The notes beneath the pieces are model-generated. The model was not told the DNA's origin, searched no databases, and saw only the letters and a program-made list of their open reading frames with translations. Shown in pieces: positions 37,120 to 50,400 of a stretch of DNA of 64,000 nucleotides (positions within the stretch are counted from its first letter, which is position 1; every line of letters starts with the position of its first letter). The DNA is from Zygnema circumcarinatum SAG 698-1b (taxonomy: Eukaryota > Plantae > Zygnematophyceae). Location: assembly GCA_037447605.1 (NCBI GenBank), contig CM074818.1, positions 1,252,617 through 1,316,616 on the forward strand, read 5' to 3'. The position numbers and the translations under genes were made by a program.

Positions 37120-37590
37120 ACGGGAAAATTCTATTCTCACACCTTTTTTGTCTACACACAGACCTCTTTTCGCCGGGCAGATTTTAAAATAGACAAAAAA
37201 GGAACACACCTTTCACACCTTTTTTTTTTCACCTTTTTTTTCACATCTTTTTGGAATCGATACACGCTACTACTGAGCGGCCGAGCGCCGTGAGCACCTT
37301 TTCTGTCGGGCAGATTTTACTCCTTATCATTTATTTTCAGAGNNNNNNNNNNCCGAGAGGATTCGGGCAGGCCGATATTTTTTTCTCTGAAAAAAACAAG
37401 AAGGGGTAAAATCTGCCCGATGGAGGAAGGTGTGTCGATTTCAAAAAGGTGTGAAAAAAAAGGTGAAAAAAAAAAAGGTGAGAAGGTGTGAAAGGTGTGT
37501 TCTTTTTTTGTGCTATTCTAAAATCTGCCCGGCGAAAAGAGGCCTGTGTGTAGACAAAAAAGGTGTGAGAATAGAATTTTCCATAAACAC
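37120..37590. repeat. Inverted repeat (~140-bp arms) flanking an assembly gap; MITE-like or an assembly artefact
   Basis: GAAAATTCTATTCTCACACCTTTTTTGTCTACACACAG...GGCAGATTTTA at about 37123-37260 recurs in reverse complement at about 37430-37583, with substitutions. N gap at 37343-37352. Confidence 0.7.
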
Positions 37591-37839
37591 GGATAGTACG
37601 GATAACACAATAAATCCGTACAAAAAGGTGGTTTCGGCAAAATCGGGGCGAATTTCTTGGGGACGCACTGTACAAGGTGGAAAATATTAAAGGGGTCCAC
37701 TGTACCCCTATTGTACACAACAAGGCACGGCCAGGGGCAGGGGCAAGGACTCACCGATGCTCAAAGTCCGCCGTCGTCACTTGTTCACAGGTCGCACTTT
37801 TGCCGTCGTCGCCGTTCACTTGGGGAGGCGAGAGGTCGC

Positions 37840-38243
37840 ACTGCTCGTTCCGTTGCAAGGATGGCTCACGCGGCGGCGAAGGAGCCCTAAATCTTAAACC
37901 CGAGCTGATCTGAGCTCGCAGCGAGCGAGCGAGCAGGCGGGCAGGCGGCGGGCGCGAGGCGCCGCAGCGGGACGCCGCTTGCGCGGGGGTAACGCGCGTG
38001 GCGACAAAACAGAGGGCGGCGGGCGGCGGGCGGCGGAGGGAGCGCGGCGGGGCGAAAAGGGGGGAGTCAAACCTGGCCCGGAGATGCAAAAGGTTACGAA
38101 ATTGCTCTCTTGAATTCGCGGAGCCCGAACCTGCCGAACGTCCACTTTTTACGAAAAACGCCTGCCGTACAAGGCAGAATTCGCCCCACGGGCTTACGAA
38201 ATTGATTTGGCGATGGTCAAGGTCTGAGTCGTCTGACCCCCCC
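37840..38243 (-). repeat. Right terminal inverted repeat of the Harbinger-like element
   Basis: The reverse complement matches 14340-14745. The ORF track shows near-identical spurious peptides MHLRARFDSPLFAPPRS... at 14485(+) and 38089(-). Confidence 0.85.
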
Positions 38244-38450
38244 TAATTGCAAAGAACACATTCGGAAGTGAGCGCATGGATCCATCCATCCATCTATGCG
38301 TCCGGCCCGGCCCTGCCCGCCCGCCAGAGGGTTCAAATTCCTCCCCTCCCTCCCTCCGCTTGCCTGCAGGCCTCTGCTCTCCCCTCGTCTGCGCCTTCCC
38401 ACCGTCGCCTCTTCCACCTTCGCCTTCCTTCCTGGTCGCTTCTCGCGGAC

Positions 38451-39984
38451 ATGGCTGCCATGGCGGCTCATCCCGACGAGGAGGATGAGGCCGTGCGGAT
38501 TGGTCCCATGTCCAAAAGGGACTTCTCGTGGCGCCGCCTCCTGGTGACAACGAGCAGTCGAACTCGCCTTGCTGTCGCAGTGAGGAGTGACTGGACGGTT
38601 CTCCGCGCCAAGAGTAAGGGATATTCTGAAGTGCTTGGATAGACTCAGTTTAGCATCAAGGGATGTCATGGATCTGCCGGAGTGAAGGTCCATTTAGCAA
38701 TTCAGTCGGCTGACTTTGTGTCATATTTTTTTGCAACTGCTCTGGTTTCGGTACATTGAGCTGTAAACTTGCAATCGTGGTTTAGAGTTCACTCGTTGAA
38801 ACAAGCAACCAAAAAGTATGTGTGTGTATGCTTTCCCTTTGAGTAATGCTTAATTTCATTGATTTTTCCAGTCTTTCTTGCACATAGAGTCATATACGGT
38901 CGATGTCTAAATGCAATCGGGGATATTTATTGGCTGACCTGTTGAAGTTTGTAATCCTTCTCAGTCCCTTTCATCGTGGTGAAAACGGTATTATGTTTGG
39001 AGTAAGTTCATAGAATGATTGCAGCAGCATCAATGCTACAAAACATGCCCCACGTAAACGCCAGCGACGGTTATGTGTATTGCAGGTGCCGTGGAGTTCG
39101 ACCACCAAGAAATATTCGGCGTCAGAATCGTATGCGCTACATTGGAGGTGAGGACCATCTGAGACCAATTGGAGTTGTGGAGTTGTCGACTGTTGATAAA
39201 GGCTCACCTCTGCCAGAGCACTTTCAGCCACACATGCAGGAATCTGAAAACATATCTTACGCCGATGAGGAGGCGACGCATATCTGTAATATCCTGATCA
39301 TCTATCATTTTGTTGGTATTGCAGTCAGCAGTCCTTACAGTGCAGCCGCCAAATCACTTTCGTTGGGGAAATGGGTACCTCATTGGTACCATGCTTGGGG
39401 ACAAAGTGGAAGAAGTAGTCTATGCTATTGTACGACGGGCAGACTTGGAGCCGAATGTTGAAGTGCAACATGACGAAGAAGTTCAGCTGCCTTTCCATCC
39501 TGCCCCCGCTCCCCCTCGCGCTCCCGCTCCCGCTCCCGCTCCGGCTCCGGCTCCGGCTCCTGCCCCTGCTGCTCCTGCTGCTGCCTCCACTCCTGCTCTT
39601 GCTTCTTCTCCTGTTCCCCTCCCCTCTCCCTTTGCCGCTCCCACTTCTGTCCCCGCTCCTGCTACTGGCACCAATGCTGCTCCCGATCCCAGTTCTTTTC
39701 CTGATCTCTCTCCTGCTTTACCTTCCCCTCGCGCTTTCCCATCAGGAGAAAAAAAACGGAAAAAGGAAAGGGTTCCGGTCACCGATAGAGATGCGAAACA
39801 AAAAAAGGTCCAGAAGACTAAGGAAAAGGGAAAGGCGAAAATAGATGGTGGAGCAGATGGGCTCTTAACTGGTGAACCTTCAAACAGAAAGGCAGAGTTA
39901 GAGGACAAGCCTCCAGTGCCGGCAATACGTTTATATTCTGGAGAGGCAATGGGTAAGAACGGGGACTCTTGGCACTATCCTTAG
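38451..39984 (+). CDS. Hypothetical spliced gene: possible N-terminal ubiquitin-like domain, then Pro/Ala-rich and Lys-rich regions
   Basis: Exon 38451-38613 (GTAAGG donor) splices in frame to 39086-39147 (TGCAG acceptor), giving RRLLVTTSSRTRLAVAVRSDWTVLRAKSAVEFDHQEIFGVRIVCATLE. The long ORF 39310-39984 follows. The middle exons are uncertain. Confidence 0.4.
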
Positions 39985-40671
39985 ATTGCAAGTCTGTAGG
40001 TCATTACTTTTGAATATACGTATGTTTGCATAGCATGTTGTTGCTCTTGAATTCTGTGCACTGGGCTTTTTCCGAAATGTTCTTTGCACAAATCCAGTAA
40101 GTCTCAATGTTCTTATGCATTTTGGGGTAATGTTTGCTGCGCATAAGCTCTGTGGAGATCGTGCATTTCAGTCTTGTCAAAAGCAAGATAATGTAGTCGT
40201 CATTGATAATTGCTATAATGCCGTCAGATTAGTAGTCCTGATTCGCTTCTGTCTACCCTTCTTTATGTTCGATCGAAGCCTAACGTAAATCTTAATCCGC
40301 TTAGCCGCTTCTCTTCTATTTAAGCCTTCCTTATTGTCATAATCCCACCATTCCCAAGAGTACCATTAGGAGCTTACAAAGATGGTCACTCCTTTCCTAA
40401 CTCTGATTCGATTGGTCTAGCCACAGGAAGCGGTGCAGCTTGAAATTTAAAACGCAACGCTGCAGCTGTGAGCAGGCCCTTGCACATAGGATGGATAGGT
40501 TTGGCCTTTGTGCATGGCCTCTGAGGGATTGGACAGTAAAACTTGCAAGGCGTCCTTAATAATGACAATTCCTTCTCACTGCAACTCTTGCCCCCCTCTC
40601 TCTATAACTCTCCCTTGCCTCTCCCCTCTATCTCTCTCTTTCTCTCGTCCCCTTCTCTTGCTCTCTTCCAC

Positions 40672-43600
40672 ATGGCAGGTAACTCCTCCGGAGAGCGGAA
40701 GCTCAAATGTCTGCGATGTGACAATGGTGTTCGCGTTCAGTAAGTTTTTCTCTGCTCGGCCTGTCGTTTCTGCCCTTTTTGCCCTGGCACCTCTTCGTAA
40801 GAGATCATTTCCTTGCACGAGATTTTGGGTTTTTTGGGTTACTGCGTACAGCATTTCCAGCAAATTTATCCTCACAGTGCCTCGAATATGATCGTGCATG
40901 CAGGTGTCCCATCTGTCGAGAAATTGGGCTCCCAGATGAAGTTTCTGTTTTCTGGTGTGTGGCTTTCTTGACGCTTGTCTTCGCCTCCCGTGAAGGGTTG
41001 GGGAGTAATATGGATCAGATCTGGATCTACTTTAACAGACATGATCATTCCTTTTTTGATTGGAAACACGTCCTCCAGTTGTCGCCAGCGGCGTTATAAT
41101 GAACCATGTGACGTGTAGTAGGGGTGGCCTGCAACGCAATATGAGCTTGAGACCGACGAACTGAGAACTGGAAGCTTTTCTCATTGGTTTTGTATGCCTT
41201 CCAGTCCCTAACCTTTCAAGGACTCTTCGGGGTTTTCTACAGTTCTCAAGAGTGCTACAGCGCTCTTTGGCGTCTCCATAGATCGGTCCACAAAACATTT
41301 GGAAACAGACAAATTGATCCTCCCCAACAAGTTGTTGCACCAGCTATCCCACTCTCACTGGATTACCGCAGTTCCCCCAGGAAAGGACAGAGCTCGAATG
41401 GCAGAAAGCTCAGCTTTGACGGGGCAAGGTCGTGGTCCATTTTCTCTCTTTTGATGCAACCCTGGATGTTTTGCTTCCGAGAGTATCGTTTATGACAGCT
41501 TAAGGGGATCACTGTTTTTTTGGTAGGTATAGCAATATGCTTAAGTATTCTCTACCAACGATCGCTAATGGAGATTGCAGAGTCAAATCGAGATTGGCAA
41601 ACGTGGTAGACACTGGCTGCAGTCGCCGAATGCTGCAGGTAACATGTAGGGTTGCTCGTTCTATGTTGTCCAGGCCTGCTGCAATCACCCGTCCAGGATC
41701 CGTGCCTCTCGATATCGAGAACCCCGGTGGGCCATCAACGGTGAGTTGATTTGAGTCTCTTGTGAAACTGTTCTTGGCTTTGTATTTTTCATTAGTTTTT
41801 CTATTTAGATGGTTCACAGACCTTCACTTATGAGAAGTCACTCCCACTTTGGAACTTGATGGACTGTATTCGTATGAGCTGGCGGCTGCAGGGAAGGCCT
41901 GTGGAGATAACCAGTGGTCCAGGGCAGAATAGTGGAGACTTGAAAGTTAGGCGACGGAGGGGAAAGGGGAAGAAGGTAGAGGTAGAGGCAGAGGAACAGG
42001 GGGGAGAGCGATCAAGAGTGGAGGCAGAGGATAAAGTTGAAGGTGAAGCGGTAGAGGGAGAAGTTGGAGATTTGCAGGCCGAGCCATCGAGTCTTGCGGA
42101 ATTTGGAGGAAATCGTGGAGGGTTGGAAGTGGAGAGCAGCAACGAGGGTGATTCAAGTGAAGGTATAGTCACCAAAGTATCACGCGGGAGGGGAGGGAAG
42201 ATGGGAAAGAAAATGAAGAGATTGGAAGAAGATATTGTGGTTATAAATCAAGTAACCCGCGAAGAGGGGCAAGAAAATGTGGGAAACGTGAACGATGCCA
42301 TCAATGCAGCTGAGAAACCCAATTTACCTGGATATGTGGACAAAAGCTCTGATATGTCTGAGGACAATGAAAGGAACGATGAAGGAGAGGAGGATGAAGA
42401 GACATTTGAGAAGGCAGCCAATGGAGATGAAGTTGACGTGGAAAAGGACATTTTCTTGCATGGAAAATTTCTGAAGCAAAATGATACTGCGGTTGGCGAG
42501 AGAAAGGCATTTGGGCTGTCAGAGGAGGTTGAGGAGGCTGCTGTTGGATTAGAAAGTGGTATACAGAATGAGGAAGAGGATCCTCATAATAAGGAGGATG
42601 GGAAGCTCACAGAAACGATTGCGAGCTCCAAAGGTGAGAGTCATCTTGTCAGCTTAAATTTTTTCTTTGTTTGCTTTTGGTTTCATGAACTTGCCGGCTA
42701 ATGCAGACGTGGAAGTGTGAAGCAGGTTTTGCTTTGGAAGGCAAATTTGCCGGTGCATTTACTCTCTTAGGTATGCAAGATGAGTCGATCTTATTCCGTG
42801 CAGCACCTAATCGCATGAGGAGAAGTGCTTGTAGTCATCTCTCAGTTATTTTTCTTTACTTTTGTAGGAGCAACGGTAATGATGGATGCAGAGGCGGTTC
42901 TTCCAGATGTCAGAGCTGTGAGAGAGGTAGCTGGTGAATTGGCAATGGCTGTTGCAACAGCAGAGAAGTTCCGCAAGAACATTTCTGGAAAAGTGAACGT
43001 CCGGTCATCTGTAGTAAGCAGAGAAATCGGTATTGAATCCGGGCATTCATCACAGAGTCAGGTGCTTAAAACTTTCAAAAGTGGAGGAAAAGGAGGCTCA
43101 CGAGACAATTCAGGCAAGACAGGGAGTAGAAAGGCAACAGCAACTGAGGTAGGAGTCGTTGCCGATACAACAAACGCGACAGGAATGGATGTGCCTGCAG
43201 AATCCTCAGCAGCCAACGCAATGAGGTAGTCAGCCTTACCCTTCCTCCTTGATGCAAGACAGTAGTGCATGCTTGAGTCGGGTCCTCTGTCCATTCCTTT
43301 GCCTGGTAGTCGTCTTAATGAGAATGTGATGCTGTCTCCAAGTTATAATCTTGACGGCGACTTTTGACTGCGTGGCTTGCTAGGCAAGCATTTGCATTTG
43401 CTTGCTCAATTCATTGTTTCCAATGTTGTCCGAAAGTCTCATCAATACGGGCAGCCTTACGTCACAATGTGATGCCTTCCCTTACTTTCATGTACAATTC
43501 TCACCTTCACGCTGTGGAATCCCAAGGACTTGCTTGAAATTGATTGAAAGAGTGCCAATCGATGTGGGGCTACGCAGAGGAGTCTCCGAACTAGCGAAGT

Positions 43601-43815
43601 CCTCTGAGAAGATGAAGAAGCGCCCACGCTCAAACGGGGTGCAACTGGAGTCGAGTTCTCGAGCGCGGAAGCGGGCGGGGATGCCGCCTCCTGCAGACCA
43701 TCATGGTGCGAGCAGTTCTGGGAAAACTTCAGCGAGTCCTGGGGACAGTTCGCAAACTGCACAGCCGAGACCTTACGTTCTTGCTCTCGGTTGCCTGCCA
43801 AGTAGTAAGAGATAG
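40672..43815 (+). CDS. Possible hypothetical gene or decayed gene with a Cys-rich N-terminus and a long acidic region; structure unresolved
   Basis: MAGNSSGERKLKCLRCDNG.. at 40672, CLEYDRACRCPICREIG at about 40876, the Glu-rich ORF 41856-42701 and ORFs 42825-43229 and 43402-43815. No family was recognised and splice phases could not be reconciled. Confidence 0.25.
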
Positions 43816-44446
43816 CTGGGTGGAGTCTCAGTGAGTCTCGGGTGTTATGGTGCGAGGTCAAGAGAGAGGGAGGCAGGGGGGAAAGAAGAAAATCAGAAGG
43901 AGAATAAGTGTTTTGCAGAAGTCTGAACAGCCTGGTCACAAACTTTATCCGAACTGGCTTTGGCAGTTTAATCCAGTTTGCAGTTCGTTTTGAGTTATCC
44001 GCTCTTCCAAGAACAAGAAAAAGCCATTTTTTTTAGATTTCATCACCTTTCCTGTGTGTGATATAGGATATGCAAACACTGTACAGTGATTCGTACGATG
44101 GATTGATATCTTTTCGATTCATTCAGACGTCCAACTTCAATTCTGCCTCAAACCTTTGATGTGGACGAGTTTATAGAACAAAGCAGACTCTGATTCGTGA
44201 AAATTTCGTTTCGACAACCCAATTCAATATAAGAAGCTACACATTAAGCACCCGCCCGACTTTTGACCCAAAAGTGGGGCCACACACAATGTACAAATTG
44301 TAACTCGATCTCGACAAATAAATGGCTGTTGAGAATACCCATTCAAGTTATCGCTAGAACATGGTATACGGATCTTCACCTTCACCTACAACCCAGACCT
44401 GCTTCTACAAATCATAGCTACGAGCTCTACAGACGTATGTACATGG

Positions 44447-47400
44447 TCACTCTTCACCTGATGGAAGCACAAGACACAGAAAAGGATGGCCCATGCCACT
44501 CCCTTCGCGAGGGATTCGAGGGAAAATCCACCTCCATGAGTTCGGACCTGTTTTGCACAATTGGAGTTGAATCTCCTCCCGACTGCTGGGCGATGCACCG
44601 GCTGCCTTGAACTGCCCACGTGGGCGGTCAGCAGCAGGTCTTCCCTCTCGCTCTCCAATAACATCAGAGGAAGGGGTGGTGAGGGTCCAACTAACCCGCA
44701 GGGAGGAGAAATCGAACATTCCGGGGGACAGCACTGCAGCTGTGAGAGGCACTTGAGCGCGTCCTCCGGGAGGAAGGCAGCAGAGCGCTCTGCAGGTTGA
44801 TCCGCTCCATAGGAACGGCCCAGAGGGTGCGGCACCGCATGGCTCCTCCCCCATCTCACCTCCTCCTTGCACAGCTGCAGAAACTGCAGCCGAGCCCTCT
44901 GCACCTGCAGTGCCTGCAGAAGGCTGAAACCAACCCCCCTGTTCGGGATCTGCTGAGGTGCCAAGGGCGGCCTGGGCAGAGTCGATCGTGTCCACGTGTA
45001 TGGCAGCTGCGAGAGTGGAGCTGTTGCGGAGAGAGAGAGAGAGGGGCAATTCACAGACAGGTTGTTGAAGGAAGTCATGGCGGATGCAGGCGGGACCCTG
45101 CATGGCCCACTGGACTGGGCTCCATCCGGCCACCCTGCCACCCAAAAAGACCACATGTCATCAGTTTTCCTCTGTGGTGTGAACGGCACAACACCTCGAG
45201 AGTTGGATATAGGTAGAAACCGTGTCTTGGTAGTGACGACGACGTGAGAAACATCAAGCATTGAAAGCAAGCGTGCCCACCTGCTGTGGCAAATGTGATG
45301 ACTGCCGATGTGCGTACTGCTGCTCAGAACTGCCGCTGCCTCAGCATCTGAAGGAGCTCCGTTAGAGGGGCTTTCCCACATGAGCACAACATCCACACCT
45401 GCATTATCGGGTCCTCCAGGCAAAGTCTCTGCCGTTGAACCCCGCGTTGAAAGAAGCTGCTGACCCTGCAGTGGACAATTTTCGATCCATTTCTCCGATT
45501 AAACAAGAAGCTTAGACACGTAGTAACTGCTTGCTGTTAAGGCACAGGCCGCCGCAATTATACCTTATAACAAGCGTGCGCAACGTCAACCCAGCTAAAC
45601 CCAGCTACATGCTTGAGGACTGGGGGCCTTAAACATCAGAAGAGTGAAAAAGTAAACTCCTGTCTGCCATGCACTAGCATTGAACCAAGTGCTATATTCC
45701 TGTCCCTGGTTTATAAAGCCGCCTAGCTTGTTCCGAAACTTTTTTTTGCTTCTTTTTCAGCTTTAAGTTTAGCTTCGTGTACGATGGTCTCATCAAACCT
45801 ATGATAACTTATTTTTCAGTGGAACGCAGAGAAAAAGCTCCTGACCTGTTCCAGAGCCCCTAGTTCAAGGGCCTGCAATTGTCTCTCCAGGAGATGAAAG
45901 TGGTGCAGCGGCCCCGTGGACAAATCGATGAGAGCCGCTGCACTGCCCTCAGGGGCACCAAGAAGAAGGTTTCTTCCCCACTTTGCGGCTGAACTATCTT
46001 TCGCCATATCGTCTGACACAGCTCCACTAGATGCCTGTACTCCACGCAACAGTTCACCCATCCTCACCTTCACGGTTCAACACATGGCCTATAAACGAAC
46101 GCACCTCACCATTCTCTATCCCTACTCTATGACCCAAAAGCTGCATACGAGAACGCCTTAAGTGCTCACCTGCAGCTGGAAAAACAAAGACGATGCCTGG
46201 CCAGGGGGCAGAAGCTGAGGGGGGGTGATTGAGGCAGATATAAAAGCTGCCTCCCCTCCTCCTCCTCCTGTCAGTACTGGCGAGCTGAGAGGTGCCATCT
46301 CCCACGCGGGGTCGGCACAAGACACTTGGCGGAGCCAAAAGCTGTCCGCAGCGTGACGGTTGGTCACGTCTACTCGCATAATGTAGCGGCCAAGGCTGCT
46401 CGGACTTGGGCTTATGTGCATCCCCACTTGCAGGGAGGATTCCACCTGTAAACACGCAAGTTTTCACCGACCTCGCTAAGACAAAACTCCTAGCAAGCAC
46501 AAAGGCATGCAAGCAACAAGCAAAGCTTCACATCGGTGCTTTGGAAAAGGGCTGAAACGTCCAGCAAACCCAGGATATCGTATTCCTGGACTTTCAAATC
46601 AGTAAAGAGGAGTAGTCCACATTGAAGGAGTGACCGCATGTGGGCTGCACTTTATACATTGTTGTCTGAGGAGATGGATGTGGCAAGAATGTTAGACCTG
46701 CAGCGCGTGAGTTGTTCGGAGTGTTCGATACTTCATAGAGCCCGCTTCCCCTTCAGGCTCATAGTAAAGCACCATGTTGAAGCGCACACTCCCGGCTTCC
46801 CGAGCATGCAGCCAAAGGGGCCACAAAAGGGTTGACCCCCCCTCAAGGACAGTCCCCTGTCAAGGAAACAACACCTTCAGGAAGAGCTGACTTGAGGGGG
46901 GGAACAAAAACTGGCCATGGATGCCATTTTGCATATCATCCAATACACGCCTCCGCACGCTAGGTTTCTGAAATCACTAAGAGAAGTATGCTCATTCTTC
47001 CAGAAACGCCGAAGTGACTGAAATGGTCACAAGTCCAAAACAGCTTATCACTGCTGCTTATGATCTGAACGAGGGAATGAATCATTGAGGCAGACCCTAA
47101 CTCAACAAGAGGCAGCGGCGCCCTGAACTCCACTTCAAAAACCATGCAATTCCAGCAGCAGTCCTAAAGCTGTGAAAAAGGGTTACCGTGCCAGAATCCC
47201 TTTTTTTAAACATCTCGAGGAAAAAGATGCACGCGAAAGGAGTCCAGAAGCCAATGGGCACCCACCTGCGGAAACGAGACTACTCCCCCGAGCTGGGCAG
47301 ACCCCCCCTCCTCCTCCAAAGCCCCCTCCATTCCTCCCTTTGTCGGCGGAGTCTCAAGGCAGGCAGGCAGCTCAAGGTCGAGGTCGGTCGGCCGGCCCAC

Positions 47401-50400
47401 CAGTACCATGGCGGGGTGGCTGCACTTCAGCTTAATGTTCTGCACACAGCCAGGAGAGGGGCGCGTGAGGGATGCACAGAGAGGGAGAGCGAGAGTGCGG
47501 GAGAGAGAGAGAGAGTGAGGGGGGGTTGGGGGGGCTCCGGAGGAATGGCATCCTGTGGCATAACAAGGAAAGAGCTGGAAAACGCTCGAGTAGATGAACT
47601 ATGTCTAAATAGTCCTAAGCACTTAATACGACTGGTTTTTGGCGAATTGACGAGCTGAAGGCAGCCAAGACTGCCACTGGATAATAGTCCCGGCCTCAGT
47701 GGATATCTCAACGATAATAAGCAAAGTAAGGCATCTGCTCTGTAGTCTTGGAGTAGGAACATCGTGCTTGAGTCGGCTTCCAAAATTTGCAGGAAGGAGC
47801 GAAACTTTTAACAGCACTTTAAGGTGGTTAATGCTTGGAAACAGACAAGGATCATGAGCACCTTATTCTAGGCCCCATTCATGTGCTGCAACTACTCTCT
47901 TAATAGGGGATACGTGAGCATAAGCTTCGGACAAATGAGAGCCAGCTCTACTCCAAACCATCCCTTCAGAGCACTTCCTTTATCTCTGCTACAAACTGCA
48001 GCAGAGGCCCATCTGAACTGCATTGTGCCACTCGTCCCGCTAACAGGGACATTCCCAACATATTCCACTGAGATATCCCCCTCTCGAAGCACTGTACAAA
48101 GTACGTAGTGAATGCCTCCCCTGCCGCAATCCCTTCCCTCCGCGTGTGAGATGAGAGGGGGGGAAGGGGCACCTTCAGAGGAGAACGCGCCGCATTGGAG
48201 AGTTCGAGTGTGAGGCGGTGCAGCTCCCCTTGGCGGGCGCGGGCGGGCAGGCCGTGCAGCTGCAGGGCCAATCGGGGCACACTCTGCGGGCCAACCTCCC
48301 AACCCTCTACTTTTTTTTCAATAGGAGGACAACACATTATCGAGCCTGTGGGTGGAGGTAAGCAAGCAGCCATTGGAACAGAAACTCTTGTACGACCAGC
48401 CAGTCTCTGGAAAGTGAAATACGAGCATTTTGAACTTAGGAAGCACCTTAACAAGCAGCACTAGAATGAGGTTGCTATTGCAGAGATCAAGTGTTGTTAT
48501 GAGGAGCTAATGCATGTCTCGACGAGCTCTACACAAGCTTGGCTGATGACGACGCAGAACGGTCAGAAAATCGACAGGTACATTTCTCAGAATAACTCTG
48601 TCGGAGACATGATAAATCCAGCAACTCCAACTAATGAATCTCATCGGTTCACTTCCTCATATTCACATCTCGTAGCATCCAGAATTCACTGTCACGGCCC
48701 TATCGTGCTGGAAAGAAACACGCGATAGAGCATCGGCAGTGACCCTTGACTAGCTCATCGAGCAACTGAAGTCCAGGCCCCACGAATGATAATAAAATAG
48801 TTCATAAGAAAATAATGCTTAATTAGTTGTATCCGCTCCCTAGATATCAGGGCAGCGATAATTTCAACTAGAGCCCATTTTCATTACACAGGAACTCCTA
48901 TCCTTTCAAACCTCCACAGACGGGAGAAGCCCCCCAGCAAACCAATGGGCAGAGCTCAACAGAACCCAACCTTGAGGACGCGAAAGTTGAGGCACAGGTG
49001 GGGCGGATGGTAATCTCGAGCTGCAGCCCCTCTTTTTCCTCCACCTCCTCCTCCCCCTCCCCCTCCCCCTCCCCCTCCTCCTCCTCCTCCACCTCCTCCT
49101 CCTCTCCCTTTCTTCCGCCGGACCCCTCGGATGGCAAAGTCCTTTCTGCCCCGTGCCTGCCTTCCCTCGCTGGCTATGGTCCACTCCACTCCCACCACAC
49201 GCAAGAGGCCCTCCGCCCGCGCCCGCACCTTCAATGACATCTGTACTCCCTCCCAGATAGAGGGGGGAAATGACTCGCTCGGGCCAAATCCAACAATGGG
49301 TTCTGATTTGCAGCTATGATGGGAGAGGAGTTGAGAAGGAGGGTTCGAAAGGTTTGATTCAAGTAAGGAAAGGGTTGCGGCAAGTGCAGGCTCAAAGTAT
49401 GTACCACAACTCGCTCCGAAGGTGGCAGGGTGCACGAAGCCTCCTCCACCTCAAAGAGTAGATGAGAGGACTCTTCTGGGCTTTGATTGTCAGAGTCTGA
49501 ACAACACACACAAAGCATAAAGGAAAGGAGCAGCAAATAGAATGGAAAAGGATACAGGTTAGTGGCAATAACTTTCTGTTGATAGTGCAAAAACAAGGAG
49601 CTAACGAACAGAAAAGCATTTAACAAAGGAAACCCTACAAAAAACCCCTACAAAAAACCCCTAAAAAAACCCCTAAAAATATCCTTATGCAAAACAGTTC
49701 ATATAGCTGGTTACGGCCCATCAGTAAGGTTTGAATTAATGACGCGCAGTTCGTTCAGAAAGGGCATAGAACCAGATCGATTCTTGAGGCTGCAATCGAA
49801 AGAAACAGCAAGAGCATATTCACCTGTCAACCCACTTGCAGAAGACTTTTCCAGCTCACAGATGAGGCGCACTCCAGTCATTTCGACGGTTAAATTCAGC
49901 GGATTCCTGAACTCGATGTCCACCACGATATCCTCTGCACTCAACCCTCCCCAATTCCTCCGATTCAGGAATCGAATCGACCATCTACTTTTGCATTACC
50001 TTCTCATGTGGTAGAGTGTGTGGGAGGGGGTGAGCGCACCGCCCGCCACGCACGTGTTGCTGCTCTGCACCTCCACAGCGCTGCCCTTCACGTGCGACGG
50101 TGCGTCCAGCCACGTGGGCGCTGCAGCAGCAGCCACGTGGGGCACCAGTCCGTCTTCTAAGGAGCTCCAAATTTGTTCAGGTAACACCCTCTGCTCACCC
50201 ACCACTCAGTGGATCAACCTTTGCAGTCAAAACATCCCGAATATCATGTTAGGTGGGAGAGACACTTGCACAGTCCGACTGGGGTACTTCGTTGACAAAT
50301 CCATTCAAAATTTTATGCAAGGTCCCATTCCGTGAGTTGTTACCTTTAACCCAAACTTGGCAAAAGCACGACGTTGTCCACGGAATGCAGTGCCATTGCT

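Larger units (their letters stand above)
13896..38243. mobile_element. PIF/Harbinger-like DNA transposon with long imperfect TIRs, expanded to about 24 kb by nested LTR insertions
   Basis: The left end is TAA|GGGGGGTCAGAC (13893-13907) and the right end is GTCTGACCCCCCC|TAA (38231-38246). About 400 bp of inverted homology links 14340-14745 with 38243-37840. A Myb/SANT-like remnant lies inside. No transposase was recognised, and the two ends are joined across scaffold gaps. Confidence 0.6.

Noticed and set aside
14668-49680. TTTAGGG/CCCTAAA-like runs (about 14670, 37885, 49630) as telomere or chromosome-fusion remnants
   Set aside because: Only 2-4 units each, some degenerate; consistent with telo-boxes or chance.
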